Source: Nemertoderma westbladi (taxonomy: Eukaryota > Animalia > Xenacoelomorpha). From it: a stretch of DNA of 64,000 nucleotides. A model generated the notes under the pieces. That model was given only the letters and a program-made list of their open reading frames with translations, searched no databases and had not been told where the DNA came from. The stretch spans positions 1 to 64,000 of the forward strand of contig JAUCBJ010008288.1 in NCBI GenBank assembly GCA_032718475.1, read 5' to 3'. A program made the translations under genes and the position numbers. Positions 38,501-50,800 of the stretch are shown here, in pieces. Numbering within the stretch: the first letter of the stretch is position 1; each line of letters starts with the position of its first letter.

Positions 38501-41073
38501 GTTACATCTCGATCAGATGGATCGGGACCTATTTGTAAAAACGCTTTCTCAATATCACTGATAGAACAATATTTGTTCATTCGAAAGCGTAATAAAGCAT
38601 CACATAGCATTTGGTTTAGACTAGGACCGGTATGTAAACAATCATTTAAACTTGGAGATTTCGAATTTGCTTTCGAACTACAATTGAAAACTATTCTCAA
38701 TGGAGTAGTTGATGAAGTCGGTTTGATAACACCGTGATGAGGCAAATAATGAAATTTAACATTATTATTATCACCTAGCACATTATCGGTAAACCTACGA
38801 AAATCGACAAATTCCGCGGGCTCAATAAATTTTCGGTTTAATTGTTCCCTAATAATATTATCATAACAAGATAATAAATCGCGTGATTTACGTAATTTAG
38901 ATAATATACTTTGCAAACATTTTGCAGCTAATGAATAATTAATTGGTAAGATTGGGTGATTTGACTTCCATGGTAAACTTGCCGTGTATTTATATCCGTC
39001 GAACTGGATACTATTTTCGAATTCGATTAATGTGGAATCGTTAGAAACGTCCTTGGGTGCGTCGTAACGAATTCCGATTGAATCCAGACTCCATAACCTC
39101 TCCATACTCGCTGAGAGATCGTCTTCATCTTCGTAAAAAGGTCTCGATGTCCCAATATGAAGAGCTGTAACAACTGATGTAATGCACTCTTTATCCTCGG
39201 ATTGGGTTGAGTCAATTTGGCCCAATATTACATCCCCTAAATTAGATCGAAGTAAAGACACGCCCTCTTCTATGGAAGGAATGTTTATGAAATTAAAACA
39301 TTGGTCAACTCCTAAAACTAATCCAAGATCGGGTACGTTATCACCGCGAATTGGATCAGCTAAGTTAACGCCGCGAAGTATTAAGTGGTCGATGAGATCC
39401 GATCGTCCTGGCGTCGCTAAACGCATTGGTAGCGAGTCTACCACTGCTGCAGAAACTTCGATCAATCCGTCTGATGTAACCACTGAAAATTTAGTAATAT
39501 CATAAGGATCCATTTCGCCACAATGTGTAAAACTATTGATAGCTAAGTATGTGCGAGATATTATGGTTAAACCCAATAACTCGACGATACTCCGTAATAT
39601 AAAAGTTCGTTGTGATCCTGGATCTAATAACGTCCGAACGTTATAGGTTCGAGATCCATGATTATAGTATTCAATAGGCATTATGGCCGTTGGTAACAGT
39701 GAGGAATGTTCAGTGCAAACTGAACTAGAAACAGATGGATTCGTTTTTTTCTTTGGTAACCGATCTGATGAAGAACTACTGGAATAATGTGCGTGTAAAA
39801 CCGAGCGGTGCAATCCTCCGCAAACGTAACACCGACTAGGTCTTGGTCATTCGTTCGTAGAATGGCCAGACTGTAAACAGTTTGCGCATAGATTCAATTC
39901 ATCAGTGCGAGACTTCCGTTCGTCACTAGTTTTATAACGATTGCAATAACGGACACTGTGATCGCTATTGCAGAAATAACAACGGATTTTGTATCTCAGT
40001 TTTGGTTTTGTAGAATTCATTACACTCGAACCAAATGAACCGACCGAGCCGCCATGTGGAGACGATTCCAAATGACTACCGAAGTCGTTGTGTTTCTTTG
40101 AAGTATTATTTGGTTTACCTTTATTGAAGCTGGAAAGGTCCGTATCAAAGGCTGATAATTGTTCAATTTCCTCTTGAAGCGCTTTCCGAAGGTCTTCAAT
40201 ATTCCAATAAGTTGTTCGTGCAGCGCGATTTATATTGTCACGAATCTTGGTAGGGAGTTTTCGGAGGAGGATTTCAGCGAACACGTATCCGGCTTCTTCC
40301 ACATTTCCTCCTAAATTTCGAATTCCTCTTAGTTGGGCTTCATATGTCGCTCGGAACGTGGCTAAATCACGAGCCATAGGCTTCGGCTCATCGATGTCGA
40401 TAATTATATGTAAACGAGCCCGGAGGATTAATTGAGGTTTACCAAAGGTTTCTCGGAGTAACTCAATGGCTTCCTCGTAATCTTCGTTGGTTCGCTGGAA
40501 GTTTGCTACGAGTTTGGCAGCGTTTCCCGAAAGTTGCCCTTCTAAATACGAGAACTTCGCAGCCCCAGCGATCTCTGTTCGTGAGTGAACAGTGTCATTG
40601 AAACGATCCCAAAAATTTGGCCAATCGACTGGATTCCCTGAGAATGACGGCAGCTTCAACACGGGAAGTTTCTGCGGTTTCATCCCGATACCGATATGGG
40701 ATTCCACGTTTGGTGGGTGAACGTTACTACCCGGTAGCGACTCGGCGCGACCCTTCTCGTCTACAAACTGTTCAGCTCGTCGAATAGCCGAATAGATACT
40801 TACTAGATCTTCTTTGGAAGACGTATCAATCTCGGTAATTATACCGTCCTCGTCATTGGGATCCAATACCTGTTGAATTCTTTCACTCAAATCCGCCAAC
40901 CTCGTCCTTTGTCTCGCCGTTCCAGCAATGACGTCACGTATAGAGTCAATGTCTGGAACAGCTACCAACTCTCCCGACGTTCCGAACATCAGTCCATTTA
41001 GTTGGTCGAGTAAACGAGTAACTACGGATCGATGACCACGACGTTGATTTTTAAGAAATATTAAATCTTCCAT
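35559..41073 (-). pseudogene. BEL/Pao gag-pol polyprotein with two in-frame stops (39847, 37057) and a frameshift near 36740
   Basis: Gag LPSFSGNPVDWPNFWDRF, three Cys/His knuckles, protease LLDPGSQ, RT YLPHH..LYVDN, RNase H FCDAS, integrase SDNQ..GGFWERLIG. Confidence 0.95.
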
Positions 41074-41136
41074 AGCTGGTTAATAGTAGAATACAGTTAG
41101 GCCTAATGTGTGTCAGAAAGTTCCGGCTGTCCGGTG

Positions 41137-41155
41137 ATCCCGGGTCACTGCACCA
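41137..41155 (-). other. Primer-binding site of the 6.6-kb BEL element (tRNA-His-like)
   Basis: TGGTGCAGTGACCCGGGAT 4 nt after the 5' LTR; resembles the His PBS TGGTGCCGTGACTCGGAT. Confidence 0.7.
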
Positions 41156-41668
41156 AAATTGTCCCGAAATAACATAGGGTAGTTGCGATTTCCAGACTTA
41201 AAATAAACGCGATGGTTTGTTGTTACCGCGTATGTGTTTGATAGCATTTGGGAGAGCGTTTTATAATAAGGGGTTAAGTAAAGATACTTCCTGATTCATT
41301 TATTCAACTAAGGGTATAGTATACATACATGTTTAGGCCTATTTACTGACACCATGACAGACATACACAGCAGAAATCAACATAGTCATAAGCAAGTTAA
41401 AAAGAATAATAATAACATAAACCGGTACCCACTTCATATCAGAATGACTGTAAACGGATAATTACTTACGTCATACTAAAAATAACTTAAAAGAAGAGCG
41501 AGATTCAAAAACAAACGCTTTCTTATATAACAAAATACATAATGAAATAATATTTTGTACAACTACTAACCTCGTTCTCTCTCTCCCCGTACCAGTAACA
41601 GAGCCCCACTACTACTAACCTCATTCTCTCTGTCCCCATACCGGTAACAGTGCCCCACTACTACTAAC

Positions 41669-41787
41669 CTCGGATCATTGCCAATATGTGACTTCGATAG
41701 TTGTCATTGAGAAATATGTAAGTTAGAGTGTCGACAGTAGAATTACTCATGGCTAGCCCCTCCACCACATAGTAGGTTTGTACGCTC
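41669..41787 (-). CDS. Prokineticin-receptor-like GPCR exon (TM7 and helix 8)
   Basis: SVQTYYVVEGLAMSNSTVDTLTYIFLNDNYRSHIL resembles PROKR FYVVECIAMSNSMINT; AG/GT boundaries in phase. Confidence 0.8.
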
Positions 41788-42167
41788 CTAGAACAATACA
41801 GAACATAGCATTATCTATGACATTTCCAATAACATTTTCAGTTTTATTTATTAAGCAATGAAATTTATTATTTTGCAATTCTGTACGTGTGAGCCGGGAT
41901 ATTATTGTTCTAATCGACAATAATTGTTTTAAGGTGAAATACATACTGTATATATAAGGCATACCTACAGTAGTTGAGCCATTACATATTACGTGACACG
42001 CTGTAATGCACGCATTGCATCTAGGATTCCCCTGGTAGTTGTACAAAATGCTTCATATGTTCTCTATCTACAGTATCATCAGAAATAGTAGGCCTACACT
42101 GTTAATTACAATATAATTATTATTATGTATTTTTATTGATCAACAAACATATTTTCAGTTTTCTCAC

Positions 42168-42333
42168 CGTTTGCGTTCAGTTAACGGAGAATCAGCGACA
42201 TTTGCGTAGAATGCGTAGAAATAATAGGGACCCCAGAGAATCGCGAAAGCTGAACACAGAATCAGGAATAAACGAACCATTCGCTGTTTGGATTTCAACG
42301 CCTGTTTCGCTTGGTTGGCTGTCAATCGTTGGT
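42168..42333 (-). CDS. GPCR exon (ICL3 and TM6)
   Basis: DQRLTANQAKQALKSKQRMVRLFLILCSAFAILWGPYYFY..; phase 1 in and phase 2 out, consistent with both neighbours; missed by the ORF track. Confidence 0.8.
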
Positions 42334-42936
42334 CTAATTGATGAAAATTTAAAAAAGTGTTTCATAAGTTACAGTACAATACATACTCATATGTGAATAG
42401 CAAACACACACGGTTCCACACCTGTCTGTACTTTTACACGTAGCCAAAAAGTACCAGTATTTACCAGAAAATGGGGCAAATTCTGTTCAATTTAGATTTA
42501 AGAGAGGTAACATCCATCTGCTTATAATTAAAATTAATATAAACGAGATAAGTGTAAAGCAAAAATAAAAATAAAATTAGTTCTTAGTTAATTCCATTTA
42601 CCGGTACTACCACTTGCTTACCGGTACCACTTGCTTACAGGTACCATTTGATTTGCTAACCGGTACCACTTGCTTACCGGTAGGCCTACCATTGCTTGAT
42701 AAAGGAACCCGTAAGGGTTTTCAAATATTACTATAATTTCATTTGTATTTTTGCTTTATCGTTATCCCGTTTATATAAACTTAAATTATGTTCAATTTGT
42801 TTAAAGTTTATATAAACTGTACTTTCAATATTATAGGCCTATAATAGTCACATGCACCATAATACAAAATTTACATGATTTGTTATATTTCCTTTCCATA
42901 TTATATTCATTATAATGATTAAAGTAAGTATTTTAC

Positions 42937-43105
42937 CTGGAAACTTTTTGTCTCTTATCCAAAGTGTGTAACCAATCACCGAGTAACATACAATCATTAA
43001 AACCAGTGGAATTATGTATTGTAGAACAAAGAGACTGGTTTCGTATATGAACAAGGATTTCGGCCTTGGCCAGACCTCTGCACACACTGTGAAGTTTCTA
43101 TCATT
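42937..43105 (-). CDS. GPCR exon (ECL2 and TM5)
   Basis: NDRNFTVCAEVWP..YETSLFVLQYIIPLVLMIVCYSVIGYTLW; ttttcAG and GTaaaa. Confidence 0.85.
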
Positions 43106-43518
43106 CTGAAAAGTTAAATTTAGAAAAATTTAGATAAAACAAGAATTAAATAGTTAGAGACTTTAATAATCTTAAATTATTACTTCCAAAACATCGGATT
43201 CATAATTTGTACAAAGTATTAATGGCTTTGAGGATGTGGAATATGTTGCTAATAGACTATTTTGAATTTTTTAATATTCGTTTGGCATTTGTACTAAAAC
43301 TAAAATTAACTGTAAATTTTTTTTAATTTTAATTTTACTAAAAACAAAAATGTACATTGAAATCATTAATAATTGTCTTTTTTCAGAACATTGAAGAAAT
43401 CACCCTTAACCCACCGCTTGTTATGGAACTGGCTGGGACTTTGTTGTAGCGGGTACCGGTAAGTATGCCTAAGGATGTAACTACAATAAATTACTGGTAC
43501 CCTTTGGAGACGACTTAC

Positions 43519-43648
43519 AGTGATTAGGTTTGTATGCGAAATGACAGGACAGGCAAGTGCAGCTGAAAATATCCATATCAGTGCCAAGATCAGACAGACT
43601 CCTGCCCGTGGTATTCGCTGTTTCATTGGCCACATTGTAATGTATAAC
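43519..43648 (-). CDS. GPCR exon (ICL2 and TM4); upstream exons not found in the window
   Basis: (R)LYITMWPMKQRIPRAGVCLILALIWIFSAALACP; ttacAG and GTAAGT. Confidence 0.8.
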
Positions 43649-45693
43649 CTGTAAGAAAATAATTAATTGGTATACTAAAATTATCATTGGTCGGAGTCCG
43701 ACACGTACTACGACAGTCGGAGTCCACCACCAACTCTTACAATTTGACATTTACAATACAGAAGCGTAAAATAAGAGCTTTGGAGGTAAAACCTATTTGA
43801 GTGATTGATTTGTTTTAATTCCGGTACAAAGCTAATGGAAGTCTATGTCGTGATGCCATGATCGTCCATAATCATGAACCAAAGATATGTTCACGGTTTG
43901 GGGCCTACATGCAGCTCAATGAAGTTGAGCGTAGTGGAATTAATTTTATTGAGGGAAAAGGACGGTATGTTTGCTATGTAGACTTGAATGGGGAAGGTTG
44001 ATATGATGAGTGATAATTCCTTACCCTGGCAGTAATAGACACATATAATAAGATTATATATGTACATTATAATAGGAATAAGGCAAATTTGAATAGATCA
44101 ATGTCAAGCCACTCTACTACATAACCAATAGAATTGTTCAAGAATTCAAATAGAAATCCATTGGTTGCAGTATTAGGAATTTGGAATCATTTTATTAGTG
44201 TCTGTTAAGTGAGATGTATACATCAATGTGAGATCCGTTTGGTCCAGATAGATCAGTACAATAGTCATACTGTATATCTAACCGGTTGGTATTTGGAATC
44301 ATTTTATTAGTGTCTGTTAAGTGATGAGATGGTATACTATCAATGTGCGATGCTAGATAGATCAGTATAATAATCATATATCTAACCGGTAGGTGTACAG
44401 GATAAGCACGTACATATGGTGTATTTCACATACGGTATTATAAAGGTATTGTAAAAGCTTTTGCGGATATAATCAGTCCCCTCGCCCGCAAAGTACCGTT
44501 ATAGGTGTTTTAACGGACATAAAAGTCATTATTCTATATGGGTGCTTTGGAGGACATGGTAAGACATAAAACCCGCAATGCGTCAAATACTCTAGCACAG
44601 CTTAGCCTTGATGATTTAGATTACGACATCTAACAGCTGGTTGCTGGCATGGAAACGGCCATTGGACACATGGTTCTTTGTTTAGCTTAACAGCCAATCA
44701 GAGCGATTTTTTCAGTCGATGTGGAGATATTTGGCAGATCGTGCTAGGAGTGTTCAGTCTTACTGTTTTTTCTTGATACTGTTGTGTTGTTTCTATCTAG
44801 GCCAGGAACACCGGCTCTAGAGTCAATTCGTTACAGACTTTAGAAGAAACATTAGTAGGCTTAGATTATAGAACGTATAACTGTTATCAGTGCAACACGG
44901 CACATACATTGTCATATCATATCTTAACCTACCGTCTTAATGCTTTTTACTGTTGTTATTATTTTGTATCAGTTGGTTGAATATTATTTGGAAAACATCT
45001 ATAAAGAACCCAAATTTCCCAATTTTCTTGATACACTACAGGTTAGAGAGACAGGTTACATATAGCGATTGCGACTTATATTATCGTGGTTTGTAGTGAG
45101 TTTAATGCTATTTGATAGGCACTACATGAGTCAATTGCTGTTCTCTTTATATATGATAAAATTCATTGACGGTCGGCAGATTAGTGTGCAGCATTGTGTG
45201 TTTCCGGTAGTGTGCATGATTGTGACTGATAACTAAGCATTTCCTAAAGAATGCGCCTCATACGTGAATCATAAGCCTTACCGACTTACCGTTGTGTTTA
45301 GTATAAGTCATATCTCTGTTTACCTAGATAGAGCGCCACGTCCTAAAGGAACTGTTAATATTTCCCGAAAGTGAATAATATTAGTCAGAAATTATTTATT
45401 AACGATCAATCTAATAATACAGTAAGCTTACACTGCAATAACAATCTAAGCCCTCAGAATCCAGTCTCCCGGGTATATCCAGCGGGTGAATGGACGCGCA
45501 CTAGGCTGGCTTCTGCTAATGTTGTGTTTATTGGTATTAAATATTTGTCAATTTCTAAAGTCTATTTATAAACCAAAAGACATATAAATTTTGGCAGGTT
45601 AAACTGCAAAAGGTCTTCAAAAGCGCGTACAATAACAGTTATAGTCTTTATTGCAGTAAGCAATAAAGTTGAAAGTACCGGTCGACCGGTAAA

Positions 45694-46570
45694 CCTGAAC
45701 CGGTACTGCTGTAGGTCCGTAGGCCTAACTGCCTGAACCGGTACTGCTGTAGGTCCGTAGGCCTAACTGCCTGAACCGGTACTGCTGTAGGTCTGTAGGC
45801 CCAACTGTCCGAACCGGTACTTCCAGTATAAGTACATTAGTATTATTCGATTTTGATTATTGTATACCGGTAGGTCTTAGTATTTAATCAGGGACTGCAG
45901 CCCTGGTTTTTATTGAGATTTTACTTATTTCTGTCAGTTTTATTTACATGTAAGTTAATATTGAGCTGAAGACGTGTAAGTCTGCTCAGATTATTCAGAT
46001 AACTGTAGGCCGGACTGTTGTCGGATTGTTGTTGAGTCTGGAGAGATTGCGGCGTGTGTAGAGTTTGTCCGATAAAGTGCCAGTTAGTAAGTTGGGGCAG
46101 CCAGAGCTGTAAGGTCAATCCCCTCTTAAAGAATAAGCCGTACTACCGTGTTAGAACGCATACTAACTAACCATTTTGGAATCTGCATATACTGTAGTTT
46201 ATTTAGGCTTGACAGTATTCTGCCAGCGTTTTGGCCTGTGTTTGTTTGTGTGGTCTGTTCAGGTACCGTAATAGTTATTACTCAGATATTTTGTAGGCTG
46301 GATTGTTGTCTAGCTATTATTAGGTCTGAAGAGATTGCTGCGTGTGTAGAGTTTGTCTGATAAAGTGCCAGTTAGTAAGTTGGGGCAGCCAGAGCTGTAA
46401 GGTCAATCCCCTCTTAAAGAATAAGTCGTACTACCGTGTTAGAACGCATACTAACTAACCATTTTGGAATCTGCACATACTGTAGTTTATTTGGGCTTGG
46501 TGGTAGTCTGCCAGCGTTTGGTTTGTATTTTGTTTGAGTATTCTGTACGGGTAGCGTAATATTTATTATT
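45694..46570. repeat. Repeats in the 2.2-kb leader of the giant element: 38-bp unit x3 and an about 288-bp direct duplication
   Basis: cctgaaccggtactgctgtaggtccgtaggcctaactg tandem; about 45990-46280 repeated at offset 288. Confidence 0.85.
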
Positions 46571-47862
46571 CAGAGTTTATGCGATTATTCGCAACATTCA
46601 ATGTCCCCAAGTTTATTCCTACAGTAATTGTGCTTGTTACACATACCGTTATAGTTAAATTAACCCCGGTACTACACGGGCTGCTTGGCGTAGGTAAAGA
46701 CTGGTGACTTTGTGCTCCGGTCACTCCAGCAGATGCCGTGGTTCTTTTAACTGTTCAAGTATATTTAACTGCTGGTTATCTGTTTTTAATAAGTACTTGT
46801 ACCTAATTTAGGGTTTAGTGTACAGTGCTTTCCGAAGGTATTAGTGTGTAGGCAGTATATTTGTGTTGTAAAGTGGTTAATAGGCACGTTGGATCTGGTA
46901 GTCCGCGGTAATTAACTTCCAGGTAGGAACACTCCATGATACATAACGTAGTACCTATAGCGATACGGCTATAGGTCGTCAGGCGGTGGTATTTTCCTAT
47001 CTGGACAGTGCAATATATTTACTACTACTTATTATTTTCAAATACCGTAGTACCCTGTCCGTTGTAATAACCAGAATTCTAACCCATTGTTAGACTGGTT
47101 TGTAGACTTCTTTTAAAATTACCCTAAAATTTCATACGTAATATTTTGTTGTGTTTAATTAGAGAATTAATCTCACCGTATCGTAAGTAATTTGTAGTAT
47201 TAAGTAACTTAGGTAAATTAGAATTATCTGTTTTAGTGTCCCATAAATAGCACTTCACTGAGAGCGCACAGCTTCTGTGTAGTGACTTCCCCCAGAAATA
47301 ATAATATTTATTTCAAATATTGACAAAACCCATTTTAAACGGGTATATAAATATTATAAATCAACTCAAATGATTTATAAATAGTAGGCCTGCCATACAA
47401 CAACTAGGTCTCAATATCAGTTGGACTACTGCTTAAATAACGGTGATAAAGTAAGTTAAAGTAACTAAGTAACCTTTAAAATTCAGAAATTCAATTATTT
47501 AAATAATTGATATACCGGTATTCACAATAGGCCTATTATCTTTATTTCTATAAATTTAGGCTGAAATTATACCGGTATTCTGTAATTAATTCTAGTCCAG
47601 AATTATACTTATATACTATAAGTGTCAGCTGTATACCGGTATTCACGATAGGCCTATTATATATTTATATATATTTGTGCTAAAATTATATACCGGTACT
47701 CTGTGACAAACCTAGTTTACAATACTTCTATATATTATAAGTGTATACCGGTATTCTAATATACTGTAATAAATTACCGGTACTAGGCCAACGGTCATAC
47801 TGAATTACTAGACTTGCTTTAACTGTAACTATAGCAGTAAGCCTTCAACTGTATAGCTAAAC

Positions 47863-50800
47863 ATGTCTGACACCCAGCAAAACCTGTCAGACAGTCTAAT
47901 CGATACAACCATCTGTGACACAGATAGGAGTGTGGAGCGATTAAGAAAGGAGTTCAGCTCACCTCCTACTGAAAGAAAGGTCATCCCTCCAGTAGTAGTA
48001 TCAGACCCTAAGCTAATCCAACACCGTAGGTCTATCATCGGCACTCGGGCCCAAGTCAAACGGAACCAGGAAGCAGATGTCCAACAGCAGCAACATCCTA
48101 GTCAAGAAACTTGTTCCCAGCGACCCGATAGCTCCAGTAGTTCGGATACTGTAGAGCTGACCCCCGAACGCGGAGTGCAGATGGCGGCTACAGCCTACTC
48201 GGATCCCCTTCTCACCCTTCCTGCCGCAGTGCTAACTACTATATTGATTGCGGTGGAGGAACACCAAGCCGATTGGGCGAGAAGTAAGCGAGCGACCCAA
48301 GATAGTTATGCGGGATACGCCAGGGAAGAATTGATGTCTATTGTCGAGTCACAATGGAACTTTCCCGGACCCGGACTCCCGTTAGATTTGTCCGAAGCTA
48401 CTTGGGAAGATATACACAGGATGGGAGTAGCTAAAGACACGATGGATCCAGCTGTTTGGAAGAGGTCGGCAGCAGGATATGTGCAGGGATTCTTTGGCTC
48501 CTTAGAGCGATTAGAAGAACAACTGTTTAGACAACCCCAAAGACCTCAAGAGCAGGAAGAGCTGCTATATCAAGTACGCGAAAAAACCCTACGCACAAGA
48601 AACGGCCCAGTGGAAATCCCAGCTGGCGGAGCGACCAACCTATGAAGAATCAACTGATGCCACCTTTTCTCAAGAGGAAAGCGAAGTGACCGCAGAGAGA
48701 CCGCGAACGAGAGACGCCATCGACATCTATCTGTCAGACTATCAACGTTTCCTAGGTAGGATGAAGAATTGAGGAGACGACTGGCTGGACTTCGCCCCAA
48801 TAGTGAAGAAGCCAAGCTTGTGTTGGACTCAATCGATGAGGAAATGTTAGCTGCAAACCAAGCTAAATTTGATGAAAAACTCCGCCTCGCTAGAGTCCAA
48901 GAAGAACAAGTAAAGAAAAGACGGATAGAGGACAGAAAGGCAGTAGCAGCGGCGAAAGCGGCAGCGGCAGTGGAAGAGGCGAAAGCGGCAGCGGCAGTGG
49001 AAGAGGCAGTAGCAGCGGCAAAAGCGGCATCGGCATGGAAGCAGCCAAAGCAGCAGCAGCAATGGCATTGGCAGACGCAGAACAGAGAGCGTCTGAAGAG
49101 ACCACACAACTGGAGTTGGAAAATCTTCAAGAGACGCAAGACTGCATAAATAAACAGTTAACTGCTAGTCAAATGCAGATGAGGAGTAGATCTACTCCCA
49201 AGCGCCAAGGATACACATCATCGGAGGAAGGCGAGACCACCGATCCTGAAGGCGGAGTAAATAGATCTCGTCTAAGCAGGCGTAGAAAAACATCTCACCG
49301 TCACAAATTGCCTGATTTGCCCCCAGCGGTTAGAAGACAACTAGCTAGCACAGACTTAGGTAGTACAGAACCTACAGAACAAATTATTCAGGTCAAAAGA
49401 CTCCCTACAATAGTTGATGAGCCTGAAATAATTAGGCCTGTCGTTCCCAAAGCCACTCCTGTGCTAGAGACCCCTGTACTTCCAGAGCTTAACTCTAAAT
49501 TTCCTTTACACAGTACTACACTGCCTGTACCCGGTAGTACAGTCCATGAGAATATCCCTGTCCTGGAAGCTGAGAGAGAAATCAAAGATTTGTCTCCCGT
49601 CGTCCCACGTCAGCCCGCTACAATGTTGGCGACTCCCGCTTCGGCGGTCGAGTGGGTAGAGGAGGGACGGCGGGGGATGAGTCTCCTGCTCGGACAGATG
49701 CAGGAGACTGTCTACCAACTTAAGGGAACAGTAAGGGAAAGTAGGGCAGAATTGCAAGAAGTGCAGCAAAGCATCGCGCTAGAACGTGACAAATTAGTCA
49801 ATATACAAAAGGGTATACCAATACACCCAGTAACATTGTGTCAACCTGTTAGGTCTGAAGTATTACATGCGCAAGGTGTGGAGCCTACACGCATCTATAC
49901 TGCTAGTGAAGTAGAAACTCCTATAGCAAACCCTATTAAGGGTGATTATAAACCTGTTGTTAATGATATTCCCTATAGACCTGATAATGATCCGAGAAAT
50001 TTATATACCGATAATTCGATATTAAATAACACGATGGCCCAAGAAAGCTTTACGCGTCAGATGGTTAGAACAGAAGCCCGCCAAGCGGTCAAAGTGGGAG
50101 AGATCGTCAAATTCAATGGGGATGAGATGAAATGGTTACCTTTCAATGAATATTACAAAGATAGCATACAGAAATCTGTACTATCTAATGGAGAGAAACT
50201 TAGGTTCCTCATCAAGTGCTTGGAAGGACCTCCCAAGTTAATGGCGTTAAAGTTTATTGGACATCCAGAAGGATTAAGACAAGTTTGGGATACATTAAAC
50301 ATCAGGTATGGTAACAAGGATAACATAGCTAAGTATTTGTATGCAAAATTAGTAGCCCCCCGAAACTTCCTTAGTAGCGGGATTATAGAGTTTTCCGATG
50401 AGATTCAGGAGATCTGTAGACAATTGGACTGGTTAGGTAAGTCTCATGAATATCAGAGTTCCATGGTTATTGGAGCAGTAGTCTCTACTTTACCAAAGGG
50501 TGGAGTATGTACACGCTGGGACAAGAAAGTGTTGTATATGAATGAGCAGCAACGATGAAGCCCTACCATGGCTGATCTCATGTCCTTCTTAGATGGTGAA
50601 GTAAAACTACAACTCATCAAGCAGTCCAGAGAGAAAACATCAGAAAATAAGGTAAGTGAGAAACCCGTTTCTAGGAGAAGAGTAACACCGGTGTGCTACA
50701 CTGACGACGGCGAAAGCCAAACTTCTCAAGAAGAGGACAGCGGGAAAGACACTGATCGATCTTACTACGTTGACAAAACCTCAAAGGAAGTAAGTAAATA

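Larger units (their letters stand above)
35005..41561 (-). mobile_element. Full-length BEL/Pao LTR retrotransposon, 6.56 kb
   Basis: 402-bp LTRs 35005-35406 and 41160-41561 with about 6 differences; TG..CA ends; TSD ACTAC; PPT GGCTGGCGGGAA. Confidence 0.95.
30335..41671. repeat. 49-bp minisatellite in three segments (30335-31129, 33081-35004, 41562-41671) split by CRE and BEL insertions
   Basis: Unit ctaacctcgttctctctctccccgtaccggtaacagagccccactacta; register continues across both insertions. Confidence 0.95.

Noticed and set aside
43650-44449. Search for GPCR TM1-TM3 exons
   Set aside because: No hydrophobic in-phase exon found; presumably beyond the window end
45371-45571. Identical 66-aa ORF at 45371 and 62713
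   Set aside because: Identity only reflects the LTR duplication; GTG start and no coding signature
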